A stretch of DNA of 64,000 bases from an uncultured Spirochaetota bacterium. Lineage in GTDB: Bacteria; Spirochaetota; Spirochaetia; SZUA-6; Fen-1364. The stretch is from the NCBI GenBank assembly GCA_963781885.1, contig CAWAHW010000002.1, forward strand, positions 320,001-384,000. Direction: 5' to 3'. Below, in pieces: positions 48,561-58,027 of this stretch (positions are counted from its first letter, which is position 1; every line of letters begins with the position of its first letter). Under the pieces are notes generated by a model. The model was given only the letters and a program-made list of their open reading frames with translations. It was not told the DNA's origin and ran no database searches. A program made the position numbers and the translations under genes.

Positions 48561-49895
48561 ATGAAGCGAAGGTGGGGAATTGGAATTGCTCTTCTGGTGC
48601 TGTTCAGCTTCAGCATGCCGCTGTTCGCACAACAGAAGAAGGTAATCAACCTGTGGAGCTTCACTGACGAAGTGCCCAAGATGCTCGTGAAGTACATGCA
48701 GATGAATCCGAAGGTTGATGCGGCGTATGAGATCAAGACGACCATCGTCGCCACGACGAACGGCGCCTACCAGCCGGCCCTTGACCAGGCACTGATGGGC
48801 GGCGGCAAGGACGCACCTGATATCTACACCGCTGAGTCCGCGTTCGTGCTCAAGTACACGCAGGGCGACGCTGGCCAGTTTGCCGCTCCCTACAAGGATC
48901 TCGGCATCGACGTGGCCACCCTTCTGAAGAAGGCCGACATCGCCCAGTATACGATCGATATCGGCACCAACCCGGTGTCGAAGCAGCTCATTGGTCTTGG
49001 CTATCAGGCCACGGGCGGCGCGTTCATCTATCGCCGCTCCATCGCGAAGGACGTCTTCGGTACGGACGATCCGGCGGTGATCAAAGGCAAGGTCGGACCG
49101 GGCTGGGACAAGTTCTTCCAGGCGGCTGCGGCGCTGAACGCCAAGGGCTACGGCATCGTCTCCGGCGACGGGGACATCTGGCACGCAATCGAAGGCGGCT
49201 CCAAGCAGGGCTGGATCGTCAACGGCAAGCTCTTCATCGACAAGGACCGCGAGGCCTTCCTGGATCTTTCAAAGAAGTTGAAGGACAGCGGCTACGACAA
49301 CGATACGCAGGACTGGACTGACGCCTGGTTTGCCGACATGAAGGATGCCAGCGCGAAGAAGATATTCGGTTTCTTCGGCCCCGCATGGCTCATCAACTAC
49401 GTCATGGCAGGAAACTCCGGCGGCAAGCAGCCCGGCGAAGGCACCTACGGTGACTGGGCCGTGTGCGAACCGCCCATCGGCTTCTTCTGGGGCGGCACAT
49501 GGGTCCTCGCCAACAAGAACAGCAAGGTGAAGAGCGTCATCGGCGACATGATCAAGTGGATCACGCTGGACAGCTCCGAGACCGGTCTGCAGTACTATTG
49601 GGCGAACGGCACCCTCAACGGGCCCGGCGGCACCAAGGACACTGTCGCCTCCGGAACCGTCATGAAGATGTCAAACGGCACGCTGCCGTTCCTGGGCGGA
49701 CAGAACATGTTCGACGTTTTCGTCCCTGCGGGCAAGTTCGCAACGGGGAAGAACAAGACCCAGTATGACGAAACCATCAACAACATCTGGCGCGGTCAGG
49801 TGCGCGAATACACCGCGGGCAACAAGAGCCGTGCCCAGGCCATTATTGACTTCAAGCAGCAGGTCAAGGACCAGCTCGACCTCGACTCAAATTGA
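48561..49895 (+). CDS. Oligosaccharide (CUT1) ABC substrate-binding protein
   Basis: Signal peptide, INLWSFTDE, APDI, YRRSIAK, GPAW, WGGTW. Confidence 0.9.
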   Translation: MKRRWGIGIALLVLFSFSMPLFAQQKKVINLWSFTDEVPKMLVKYMQMNPKVDAAYEIKTTIVATTNGAYQPALDQALMGGGKDAPDIYTAESAFVLKYTQGDAGQFAAPYKDLGIDVATLLKKADIAQYTIDIGTNPVSKQLIGLGYQATGGAFIYRRSIAKDVFGTDDPAVIKGKVGPGWDKFFQAAAALNAKGYGIVSGDGDIWHAIEGGSKQGWIVNGKLFIDKDREAFLDLSKKLKDSGYDNDTQDWTDAWFADMKDASAKKIFGFFGPAWLINYVMAGNSGGKQPGEGTYGDWAVCEPPIGFFWGGTWVLANKNSKVKSVIGDMIKWITLDSSETGLQYYWANGTLNGPGGTKDTVASGTVMKMSNGTLPFLGGQNMFDVFVPAGKFATGKNKTQYDETINNIWRGQVREYTAGNKSRAQAIIDFKQQVKDQLDLDSN

Positions 49896-49908
49896 CCTGA
49901 ATTCCGGT

Positions 49909-49938
49909 GTGGGCGGACACTGTCCGCCCACTTTTTTT
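49909..49938 (+). terminator. Hairpin with T7 after the SBP gene
   Basis: GTGGGCGGACA-C-TGTCCGCCCAC-TTTTTTT. Confidence 0.8.
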
Positions 49939-50129
49939 CCATGCGCCCGGAAAATATTATCATCCTGGCCTATCAATCTTTCTCAATAAGATGAACATCG
50001 ACGATTAATTTAATTGAGCCTGAGTTTCGCGGCGAATTGCCGGCCGCGGAGGCATACCGGGAGCGAAAAAGTCGGCGCAGGAATACCAAGGTCGGAATCG
50101 CTCGTTCTGTCACGGGGAGGTGAACGCTC

Positions 50130-51113
50130 ATGCGGCGCAAAGGCGTAAGCTACGCAAAGTACGGCTACTTCTTTTCCATACCTTTTGTGCTGGCTTTTCT
50201 GATCTTTTCGCTCTACCCGCTGATCTATACGCTTGTGATCGGTTTCACGGATCTGCGCGGCCTTGCCAAGACGACCTTCGCGTTCCTGGCAGACCCCTTT
50301 CTGAATTACAAAACAATGCTTCAGACGGCGGCGTTCAGGCTCTCCTTGTCCAATACGGCCATCATCTGGGGCGTCAACTTCGTTCCGCAAGTCCTCCTCG
50401 CGCTTCTGCTCGCCGCCTGGTTTACGAACCGGCGCCTCAAGGTAAAGGGGCAAGGTGCCTTCAAGGTCCTGATCTACATGCCCAACATCATCACGGCGGC
50501 AACGATCGCCGTCCTGTTCAACACCCTGTTTGGCTACCCAAAAGGACCGGTGAACGACATTCTCCTGGGCCTGGGCTGGATCCACTCTCCCCTCAATTTT
50601 CCCCTCCAGAAATGGACGTCTCGGTACGTCGTGTCGTTCATCCAATTCTGGCTCTGGTACGGGAACACGATGATCGTGCTGATTGCAGGCATCCTGGGCA
50701 TCAGTCCGACGCTCTTTGAGAGCGCTGAGATCGACGGCGCGAGCTCGTTCCAGACCTTCTTCAGAATAACGCTGCCAAGCATACGGACGATAATCGTCTA
50801 TACCCTGGTGACGAGCCTCATCGGAGGCCTGCAGATGTTCGACATTCCCTGGCTCTACCAATTCGGCGGTCCCGACCAGGCGACAATGACTGCCGCCGTA
50901 TTCATCTACCGACAGGCTTTCAGCGGCAGCTACCTGTACAACCGCGCGGCGGCCGCGAGCATGATCCTGTTTGTCATCATCGCGATTCTCTCAAGCATCG
51001 TCTTCTACATTCTGCGTGACAGGGACGCCATTTTGCTGAAGAAACAGAAGAAGGCCCTGCGCAGGGAAGCAAAATCCGCGGCGAAACTGGCCGGGGAAGG
51101 CGCAGCGATATGA
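50130..51113 (+). CDS. CUT1 ABC permease (MalF-like)
   Basis: EAA motif LFESAEIDGA...FFRITLP. Confidence 0.92.
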   Translation: MRRKGVSYAKYGYFFSIPFVLAFLIFSLYPLIYTLVIGFTDLRGLAKTTFAFLADPFLNYKTMLQTAAFRLSLSNTAIIWGVNFVPQVLLALLLAAWFTNRRLKVKGQGAFKVLIYMPNIITAATIAVLFNTLFGYPKGPVNDILLGLGWIHSPLNFPLQKWTSRYVVSFIQFWLWYGNTMIVLIAGILGISPTLFESAEIDGASSFQTFFRITLPSIRTIIVYTLVTSLIGGLQMFDIPWLYQFGGPDQATMTAAVFIYRQAFSGSYLYNRAAAASMILFVIIAILSSIVFYILRDRDAILLKKQKKALRREAKSAAKLAGEGAAI

Positions 51114-51958
51114 GAAGGAATGCCGGCATCTCCCGCAGCGCTGCGAAGACGGTCATTTTTGTGGTCTGCGTTTTTCTGGCCCTTCTGAGCATTTTCCCAT
51201 TCTGGGTGATGTTCATAAACGCGACGCGAGGCACCTACGAGATCCAGCAGGGCTCCATCGCTTTGCTGCCCTCGTCACATTTCGTGGATAATCTAAGGAT
51301 CCTCCTTGGCAAAAGCTTCAACCCCTTGACCGGGCTGATGAACTCCTTGATAATATCCTGCAGCGCGACCCTCCTCGCGGTTTATTTTTCCTCCCTGACC
51401 GCCTATGGCCTGGTGGCGTACAGCTGGAAATTGCGCCAGCCTTTTTTCACATTCATCATGGCGGTTCTCATGATTCCTGCGCAGGTTGCCGCCATCGGTT
51501 TCTACAAGTTCATCTATGCGATCCATTTGACGAACACCTTCTGGCCCTTGATATTGCCCGCCATTGCCTCACCGGCGATGGTTTTCTTCATGCGGCAATA
51601 CCTGATTGGGACGTTGTCCATCGACATCGTCAATTCGGCAAGAATTGACGGCGCCGGGGAGCTCTATACGTTCAACCGGATCATTTTGCCCATCATGACG
51701 CCGGCCCTGGCAACGCAGGCCATATTTTCATTTGTGTTCAGTTGGAACAACTTTTTCATCCCCCTGATCCTCCTCACCGACAGCAGAAAATACACCATGC
51801 CGATCATGGTGAGTCTGCTCAGGGGAGATATCTACAGGACCGAATACGGTTCAGTCTATCTCGCATTGGCTCTCACGGTTCTGCCGCTTTTCATCTTCTA
51901 CTTCGCCCTGTCAAAGTACATCATCGGCGGCGTCGCGCTTGGAGCATTGAAGGAATAA
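51110..51958 (+). CDS. CUT1 ABC permease (MalG-like)
   Basis: FFMRQY...SARIDGAGE...IILP; WNNF. Confidence 0.92.
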   Translation: MRRNAGISRSAAKTVIFVVCVFLALLSIFPFWVMFINATRGTYEIQQGSIALLPSSHFVDNLRILLGKSFNPLTGLMNSLIISCSATLLAVYFSSLTAYGLVAYSWKLRQPFFTFIMAVLMIPAQVAAIGFYKFIYAIHLTNTFWPLILPAIASPAMVFFMRQYLIGTLSIDIVNSARIDGAGELYTFNRIILPIMTPALATQAIFSFVFSWNNFFIPLILLTDSRKYTMPIMVSLLRGDIYRTEYGSVYLALALTVLPLFIFYFALSKYIIGGVALGALKE

Positions 51959-52844
51959 ATGGCGAATGATATCCCGCGCGATCCTCCGCCGCCTGGTGAA
52001 CAGGAATCGGAGGCCGCGGATGGGGCCGGAGGAAAGGCACCGCGGGCCGGCCCAGCAGGAGCACGGCGTGCACGGCATCCTCCGGTGTGAGGCCGAGTGT
52101 TTTCTTGCACCGCGGGCTGGCATTCACTGCATTCTGGGCAAGTGTCACGAAGCACGTGCCAAACCCCGCCGATTGGGCCGCAAGTGAAAGTGCAAATGCT
52201 GCCAGCACGCAATCCTCTCTTGGCGTGGGGATGAGCACTCGTGAATGAAAAAGCAGGACCGTCGGGGCGCCGTAGAAGATCGGGTCCTCGCCGCGGCTCA
52301 GCTTTTCCAGCAGTGCGCGGATTTTCCCGCCGTACTCCGGGTCGCGCAGGAACTCGCGCGTGGTTGCCCCGACGAATGGCCGCAGCACCATCGACAAAAG
52401 TGCACTGTTGAGCAGGGCGCCCCTCTTGGCGTAAATGTTTGTGAGCTCCGCAAGAAGGGCAGCCCTCGTTGCTCCCATCGGCAGGACGGTGATCTCATGC
52501 GCGCGCCTGTTGCCGCCCGACGGCGTGTAGCGGGCCGCCTCGATCAGTCGGCCGAGGCTCTCCGGTGAAGGCTCGTCCGGCAGGAAGTGCCGGGTACTCC
52601 TCTGCGACGCAAGGAAACCCTCCAGTGCGTCGAATCCAATGCGGGATCCCTGCGCGGGGGCATCGTGTCGTGCGCCGTTTCGGACGGTGATTGCACCTTC
52701 CGGGCACACCGCGTAACAGTGGAGGCACCCCCCACAGTCGCCCGTGCCCAGCGTGGCGCTCACTTTGCCCTTGGTGCACTCCCGTGCACAGGTGCCGCAG
52801 CCGGTGCACAGGGACCTGTCAACCTCGATTGCAAAGACGCTCAT
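51921..52844 (-). CDS. Nitroreductase with N-terminal 4Fe-4S ferredoxin domain
   Basis: CTGCGTCAREC, CGGCLHCYAVCP, QRSTRHF, TPSGGN, GFGTC; SD AAGGAG. Confidence 0.88.
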   Translation of the reverse strand: MSVFAIEVDRSLCTGCGTCARECTKGKVSATLGTGDCGGCLHCYAVCPEGAITVRNGARHDAPAQGSRIGFDALEGFLASQRSTRHFLPDEPSPESLGRLIEAARYTPSGGNRRAHEITVLPMGATRAALLAELTNIYAKRGALLNSALLSMVLRPFVGATTREFLRDPEYGGKIRALLEKLSRGEDPIFYGAPTVLLFHSRVLIPTPREDCVLAAFALSLAAQSAGFGTCFVTLAQNAVNASPRCKKTLGLTPEDAVHAVLLLGRPAVPFLRPHPRPPIPVHQAAEDRAGYHSPFIPSMLQARRRR

Positions 52845-52894
52845 GCGAATCTCCTTTGTTTCCAGAAGATTCGATGCCGGGAATGCCCCTCCGG

Positions 52895-53701
52895 TTACGG
52901 GGCGGCGGCAGCCTTTTTTTCGAGCTCTGCGAGGTATCTCATGAGGCCTTCGGTCCTGTACACGAGCGGAGGAAGCTGGCCGTAGCGCGCGGTGATTTCC
53001 TTGACCTGTCCGCGCAGGAAGTCGATGAATGCAGCATCCGTCGGTGTTGCGCGCGCCTTGAGGCGAACCCTGCCCAGGAGCTCGGGATCGTAGGCAAGGG
53101 CGAAGCCCACGCGCGACGCGCAGGTGCAGGAGGGATCGTCGGGGTTGAGCCACTGGCAGCGGCCGCGGAAAAACTTCTCCATCGCCGCATGGGCGCGGTG
53201 CAACCGTGCTTTCACGACCGGCGCGGAGACCTCCAGCGCCTCTGCAATCTCCCTGTAGGTGAAGCGGAGGACCGTGTACATGACGTAGGGGATCCGCTGC
53301 TCGTCGGTGAGCCTGAATGCCATGAAGTGGAGGCAGCCTTGGTTCACCTCGTTGAGCAGGGCCTGGAGATACACCGCCTGCACGGGGTCGTCGAACCAGT
53401 CCCGGACCTCCGCGGGAATATCGTCGCGGAATGACGCGATCTTTTCATCGAGTGAATCGAGATAGGCGGCATCGAGCTTCCTCTTTGCCTGGAGGCTGAG
53501 ATTCAGGGCGATGCGATGGATCCACGTCGCAATTGCGCTCTCTCCCCGAAATGCTGCCAGTCCTTGGAAGACGCGCAGGAATGTCTCCTGCACGACATCT
53601 TCCGCGTCCTGCCTGTTCCCGGTGACGCGGAAGGCGAGATTGAAAACCTTCTGCCCGTGACTCTCGACGAGGGAGGTGATGTCCCGATCCGCCGCACCCA
53701 T
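52895..53701 (-). CDS. ECF sigma factor with Cys-containing C-terminal extension
   Basis: DAEDVVQETF, WIHRIA, EIAEAL..VKARLHRA; extension RCQWLNPDDPSCTC. Confidence 0.88.
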   Translation of the reverse strand: MGAADRDITSLVESHGQKVFNLAFRVTGNRQDAEDVVQETFLRVFQGLAAFRGESAIATWIHRIALNLSLQAKRKLDAAYLDSLDEKIASFRDDIPAEVRDWFDDPVQAVYLQALLNEVNQGCLHFMAFRLTDEQRIPYVMYTVLRFTYREIAEALEVSAPVVKARLHRAHAAMEKFFRGRCQWLNPDDPSCTCASRVGFALAYDPELLGRVRLKARATPTDAAFIDFLRGQVKEITARYGQLPPLVYRTEGLMRYLAELEKKAAAAP

Positions 53702-53747
53702 GCATCATAGCCTACACGCAAGGGGCGGCTCCCGCAATGTGCGCCAC

Positions 53748-54338
53748 TCAGAGGGAGAGCGAGCCGCCTCCCAGGGTGTGAAGCGTCGGGGCGATCAATG
53801 CCTGGAAGTAGCCGTTCATCTGGTCCGCGGTGAAGGTAATGTCGTTGTCCAGCCACCACGTGAGAAGCCCCAGAAAAGCGCTCACGCAGTAGGGCACGAC
53901 CACGTTGAGGGGGACCGTGCCTTTCTTTCTCGTCCCGAATGCCTGGAAATGCTCGGTGAGGTACAGGGTGAGGCTCTCCCGGATGCGCCCCACCACGACG
54001 TCGCCCACCTGTTTTCCCAGCATCGCCTTGAACACGCGCCGCTGTTCCTCGGCGTGTCGGAAAAGCGCGAGGCTGAAGTCCCACCGGGGTTTGCCGCGCG
54101 ACGAGTGGGAACGGAACTCCTCGAAGGCGGTTTGCATCTTCTCGGAGCCGCTGAGCAGCAGGTGCTCCTTGTCCTGAAAATGGGCGTAGAACGTCGAGCG
54201 CCCGACGTCGGCACGGTCAATGACGTCCTGCACGGTCACCGCCTCGTATCCCTTTTCGAGGATCAGCTCGAGGAGCGCGTCCAGCAGCATACGGCGCGTG
54301 CGCTGCACCCGTCTGTCCGGAACGTTTTTCCGGCTCAT
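53748..54338 (-). CDS. TetR-family regulator
   Basis: DRRVQRTR, VGRSTFYAHFQDK. Confidence 0.93.
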   Translation of the reverse strand: MSRKNVPDRRVQRTRRMLLDALLELILEKGYEAVTVQDVIDRADVGRSTFYAHFQDKEHLLLSGSEKMQTAFEEFRSHSSRGKPRWDFSLALFRHAEEQRRVFKAMLGKQVGDVVVGRIRESLTLYLTEHFQAFGTRKKGTVPLNVVVPYCVSAFLGLLTWWLDNDITFTADQMNGYFQALIAPTLHTLGGGSLSL

Positions 54339-54442
54339 CCCAGTCTCCATTTCTGAACGAATGCCTGCCGCCTGTCCCGAATCGGACGAAGACGGCGTCT
54401 TTGTTTGTTGACCCGCTGCCCGGGAGGCATTACCGTAAAAAA

Positions 54443-54474
54443 GTACACCGTGTTCATAATAAAACATATTGTAC
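54443..54474. promoter_or_regulatory. Two adjacent ACA-N3-TGT palindromes, candidate TetR operators
   Basis: GTACACCGTGTTC and AAACATATTGTAC in the AT-rich gap between divergent tetR and the ABC operon. Confidence 0.55.
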
Positions 54475-54508
54475 ATAAATCCCTGACAAGAGAAAAGGAG
54501 GAGAGCCC

Positions 54509-55261
54509 ATGCTCACACAGACCAGGACACGTGCCGCCCCGCACCGGGACGCGGAGGCGGCGAGCACCGCAGGGGTGATCGAGCTGAGGGGCGTGAGCAA
54601 GGCATACGAGCTTGCCGCCGGGAGATTCATGGCGCTCAAGGGCATCGACCTGCGGGTGGCGGAAGGAGAGTTCGTCGCGGTGGTCGGCAAATCGGGCAGC
54701 GGCAAGTCCACCCTGATCAACGTGATCACAGGTATCGACTCGCCGACGGCGGGCGAGGTCATCGTGGGCAGGACCGCGGTCCATACCCTGAGCCAGGAGC
54801 AGCTCGCGGTCTGGCGCGGGAGAAACGTGGGCATCGTCTTCCAGTTCTTCCAGCTCCTCCCCACGCTCACGGTCGCGGAAAATGTCGTCCTGCCGATGGA
54901 TTTCTGCCGCGTCCACGCGGCGCGCGAGCGGCGCGACCGGGCGCGGGCGCTGCTGGAAAAGGTGGGCATCGCCGCGCAGGCGGACAAGCTTCCTGCCGCG
55001 CTCTCCGGGGGCGAGCAGCAGCGCGCCGCCATTGCCCGCGCGCTTGCCAACGACCCGCATCTCATCGTCGCCGATGAGCCGACAGGCAACCTCGACTCCC
55101 GTACGGCTGATGCCGTGCTGCAGCTCTTTGCCGGCCTTGCGGGGGAGGGGAGGACCGTGGTCATGGTGACGCACGAGCGTGACGTCAGCAGGTACCTTGC
55201 CCGCACCATCATGCTGTCCGACGGTGCCATTGTCGCGGACGGACGGGGGACGTATGCGTAG
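54509..55261 (+). CDS. ABC ATP-binding protein (LolD/MacB-like)
   Basis: [34 protein letters not shown]. Confidence 0.93.
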   Translation: MLTQTRTRAAPHRDAEAASTAGVIELRGVSKAYELAAGRFMALKGIDLRVAEGEFVAVVGKSGSGKSTLINVITGIDSPTAGEVIVGRTAVHTLSQEQLAVWRGRNVGIVFQFFQLLPTLTVAENVVLPMDFCRVHAARERRDRARALLEKVGIAAQADKLPAALSGGEQQRAAIARALANDPHLIVADEPTGNLDSRTADAVLQLFAGLAGEGRTVVMVTHERDVSRYLARTIMLSDGAIVADGRGTYA

Positions 55262-57668
55262 CCCGCGCTGGACGAAGATGCTGCGCGACCTGCAGGCGGC
55301 GGGGGGCCGCATGGCCATGATGGTCATCGCCATCGCCGTGAGCATCATCGGCGTGGGCGCAATCCTGAGCGCATACACGATCCTCACGCGGGAGATCCGC
55401 AGGAACTACCTCGGCACGAACCCCGCGTCGGCTTTCATCGAGCTTGACAGTGTCGACGACACAGTCATCCAGGCGGTCCGCGGCCGCCCGGGCATTCAGG
55501 ACGCGGAAGCCACCTCCTGGGTCGTTGCGCGCGCGCAGGTGAAGCCGAACGAGTGGCTGCCGCTCCTGCTCTTCGTCATTCCGGATTTCCGCGGCCTGCG
55601 TATCGACACATTCAGGCCGGAGTCCGGCGCGTGGCCGCCGCCGGAAAAATCCCTCGTTCTGGAACGCGAAGCGCTGAAGATGATAGCGGCAAGGGTCGGG
55701 GACTCTCTCGACGTCCAGACGCCGCATGGGCCACGCCGCTCCATGACGATCGCCGGCTCGGTCCATGACCCGGGGCTTGCCCCCGCGTGGCAGGAGCGTA
55801 CGGTGTACGGGTATGCGACCCCTGCAACGCTCTCGTGGCTGGGAGAAGGGGACGCGCTGCATATCCTCAAGGTGATCGTGGCGGACCAGCCGCGCGGCAT
55901 CGCCTCGATCGATGCGGCCGTGGGCGGGCTCGCGCAGTGGCTCGGAGGGCAGGGACACACGGTGGGGGAGATCCGCATACCGCCGCCCGGGATGCATCCC
56001 CACCAAAGCCAGATGAGCTCCATCCTCATCCTCCTGCTGATATTCAGCGTGATGGCTCTCGTGCTCAGCGCGATACTCACCGCGGCCATGATTGGCGGTC
56101 TCCTGGCACAGCAGATGCGGCAGATCGGGATCATGAAGGCAATCGGCGCGCGCACGCGCCAGATCACCGGTCTGTATCTCGCCCTGATCGCAGTCCTGGG
56201 CCTCGTCGCCGTCGTTGCCGGCCTGCCGCTGGGCATTGCCGCGGGCCGCGTTCTTTCGGGGGTGGTCGCCCAGCTCTTGAACTTCACACTCGTGAGCCGC
56301 GCGGTCCCGGCCTGGGTTTTCATCGTGCTCCTCCTGATGGGGATCCTCGTGCCGCTCCTGGTTGCGCAGGGCCCGATCCGTCGATCCACCCGCACCACGG
56401 TGCAGAAGATCCTCAACGACTACGGCACCAGCCGCGAGGCATACGCGTCGCGGAGGGCACGCCCGTGGCGCGGCAGGCCTCGGAGGGCGGACAGCTCGCT
56501 CATACTCGCCTTCCGGAATACCTTCCGGCGCCGCGGCCGACTGGCATTGACGCTCGGGCTTCTTGCGGCGGCAGGCGCCATGTTCATGACCGGCATCAAC
56601 GTCAAGGCCGGCTGGGAGCGCTTTCTCGCCGACGGGGTGGCCAACCGTCACGACGACCTGGAGGTACGCCTGAACCAGGCGCGGCCGCAGGCAGGGCTCC
56701 TCTCCCTGGTTGCCGCGGTCCCCGGGGTACGACAGGTTGAAGCCTGGAGTCTCATGCCTCTTGCCGTCTCCCGCGCCGACGGCCTCGATATCGTGCGGAC
56801 GTATCCGGACGGGGGCCACGGCAGCTTCACGCTCACGGCTGCTCCCCCCGGGAGCCGGATGCTCCAGTCGCCGATCACGAGCGGGCGATGGCTTCTGCCG
56901 GGCGACTCCGATGGAATCGCGTTGAACCAGCTTGCGGCGGTTTTTTTTCCGCGCGTGAAAGTGGGCGATACCGTGCGCGTGCTGATCAATGGCCGCCCCG
57001 CCGCCTTCCGCGTCGTCGGGCTGGTGCGACAGATCATGACGCCTGCAAACGCCTATGTCACGCCGGATGCCTTCGCCCGCGCGGCGGGCTTCGCCGCCGG
57101 CGATGCCAACGCGCTGCGCATCGTCATGGACAAACACGACCCGGCATCGGTCGACACCGTGACGGGAACGATCGGCCGCACGCTGGAGGCGGCCGCCATC
57201 GGTGTGAAAATGCTCATCCCGCGCACGATCCTTGAAGGTGCAAGTGACGCCCACGTCCTGATCTTCATTTATACGCTGATCGTCATGGCAGTGATCATGG
57301 CCGTTGTCGGCGGCCTGGGGCTCATGTCCACCATGGGAACGAGCGTCGTCGAGCGCACGCGCGAGTTTGGCGTCATGCGCGCCATTGGTGCCACCTCCCA
57401 CACGATTCTGCGCAACGTCATCAGCGAGGGTCTCCTCATCGGTCTCATGAGCTTCGTCGTTGCCGTTGCGCTTTCCCTGCTGCCGACGATTGGAATCGAC
57501 CGGCTGATCGGCGGCATGTTCTCCCGGGTTCCCCTGACCCTGGTTGTCGCCCCCGCGGCGCTCGCGAGCTGGATCGTGGTCGTCCTGATCGGCTCGGCCG
57601 CTGCCAGCGCTTTTCCTGCGTGGCAGGCATCGCGTCTTACCGTGCGGGAAACCCTGTCCTATGTCTGA
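55254..57668 (+). CDS. FtsX/MacB-type permease with two repeated halves
   Basis: [10 protein letters not shown] and [14 protein letters not shown], each after a large extracytoplasmic domain. Confidence 0.92.
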   Translation: MRSPRWTKMLRDLQAAGGRMAMMVIAIAVSIIGVGAILSAYTILTREIRRNYLGTNPASAFIELDSVDDTVIQAVRGRPGIQDAEATSWVVARAQVKPNEWLPLLLFVIPDFRGLRIDTFRPESGAWPPPEKSLVLEREALKMIAARVGDSLDVQTPHGPRRSMTIAGSVHDPGLAPAWQERTVYGYATPATLSWLGEGDALHILKVIVADQPRGIASIDAAVGGLAQWLGGQGHTVGEIRIPPPGMHPHQSQMSSILILLLIFSVMALVLSAILTAAMIGGLLAQQMRQIGIMKAIGARTRQITGLYLALIAVLGLVAVVAGLPLGIAAGRVLSGVVAQLLNFTLVSRAVPAWVFIVLLLMGILVPLLVAQGPIRRSTRTTVQKILNDYGTSREAYASRRARPWRGRPRRADSSLILAFRNTFRRRGRLALTLGLLAAAGAMFMTGINVKAGWERFLADGVANRHDDLEVRLNQARPQAGLLSLVAAVPGVRQVEAWSLMPLAVSRADGLDIVRTYPDGGHGSFTLTAAPPGSRMLQSPITSGRWLLPGDSDGIALNQLAAVFFPRVKVGDTVRVLINGRPAAFRVVGLVRQIMTPANAYVTPDAFARAAGFAAGDANALRIVMDKHDPASVDTVTGTIGRTLEAAAIGVKMLIPRTILEGASDAHVLIFIYTLIVMAVIMAVVGGLGLMSTMGTSVVERTREFGVMRAIGATSHTILRNVISEGLLIGLMSFVVAVALSLLPTIGIDRLIGGMFSRVPLTLVVAPAALASWIVVVLIGSAAASAFPAWQASRLTVRETLSYV

Positions 57669-57680
57669 AAGGAGGCATCC

Positions 57681-57815
57681 ATGAAAACGAAACGGAAGAG
57701 GGTCGCGGCATGGGCGATCGTCGCGGCAATCGTTGTCATCGCGGTGATCCTGGCCGCGCGCCTTTTGCGCGGCGTCGACGTCGTCGGTTATCTGAAAATG
57801 CTCCACGGGGGCTGA
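57681..57815 (+). CDS. 44-aa single-TM protein
   Basis: Not in the ORF track: SD AAGGAGG; MKTKRKRVAAWAIVAAIVVIAVILAARLLRGVDVVGYLKMLHGG. Confidence 0.7.
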   Translation: MKTKRKRVAAWAIVAAIVVIAVILAARLLRGVDVVGYLKMLHGG

Positions 57816-57829
57816 TGGAAGGAGGAAAT

Positions 57830-58003
57830 ATGCTTCGAAAAGTAATGGGATCTGTCATGGTGATTGCCGCGCTTGTCTTGGGTGCCATCCTGCTCATCGG
57901 CGGGCGGCCGGTGCTTCCGCACATGCTGGGTCCCGGCATCCTCGCGATTGCGGGGATACTGCTGCTCGTGATCAGGAAGAAACGGGCAGGCAGGACCACG
58001 TGA
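57830..58003 (+). CDS. 57-aa two-TM protein
   Basis: SD AAGGAGG; MLRKVMGSVMVIAALVLGAILLIGGRPVLPHMLGPGILAIAGILLLVIRKK. Confidence 0.7.
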   Translation: MLRKVMGSVMVIAALVLGAILLIGGRPVLPHMLGPGILAIAGILLLVIRKKRAGRTT

Positions 58004-58027
58004 TGATCGTCGGCGCGCGGGCGCCAG

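Noticed and set aside
36806-57806. Long antisense or alternate-frame ORFs (36806-38992, 44142-46856, 55209-57806, the 5' part of 41090-43045; also 28412-30958)
   Set aside because: Stop-poor shadows of well-supported genes in high-GC DNA; Arg/Ala/Gly-rich with no motifs.
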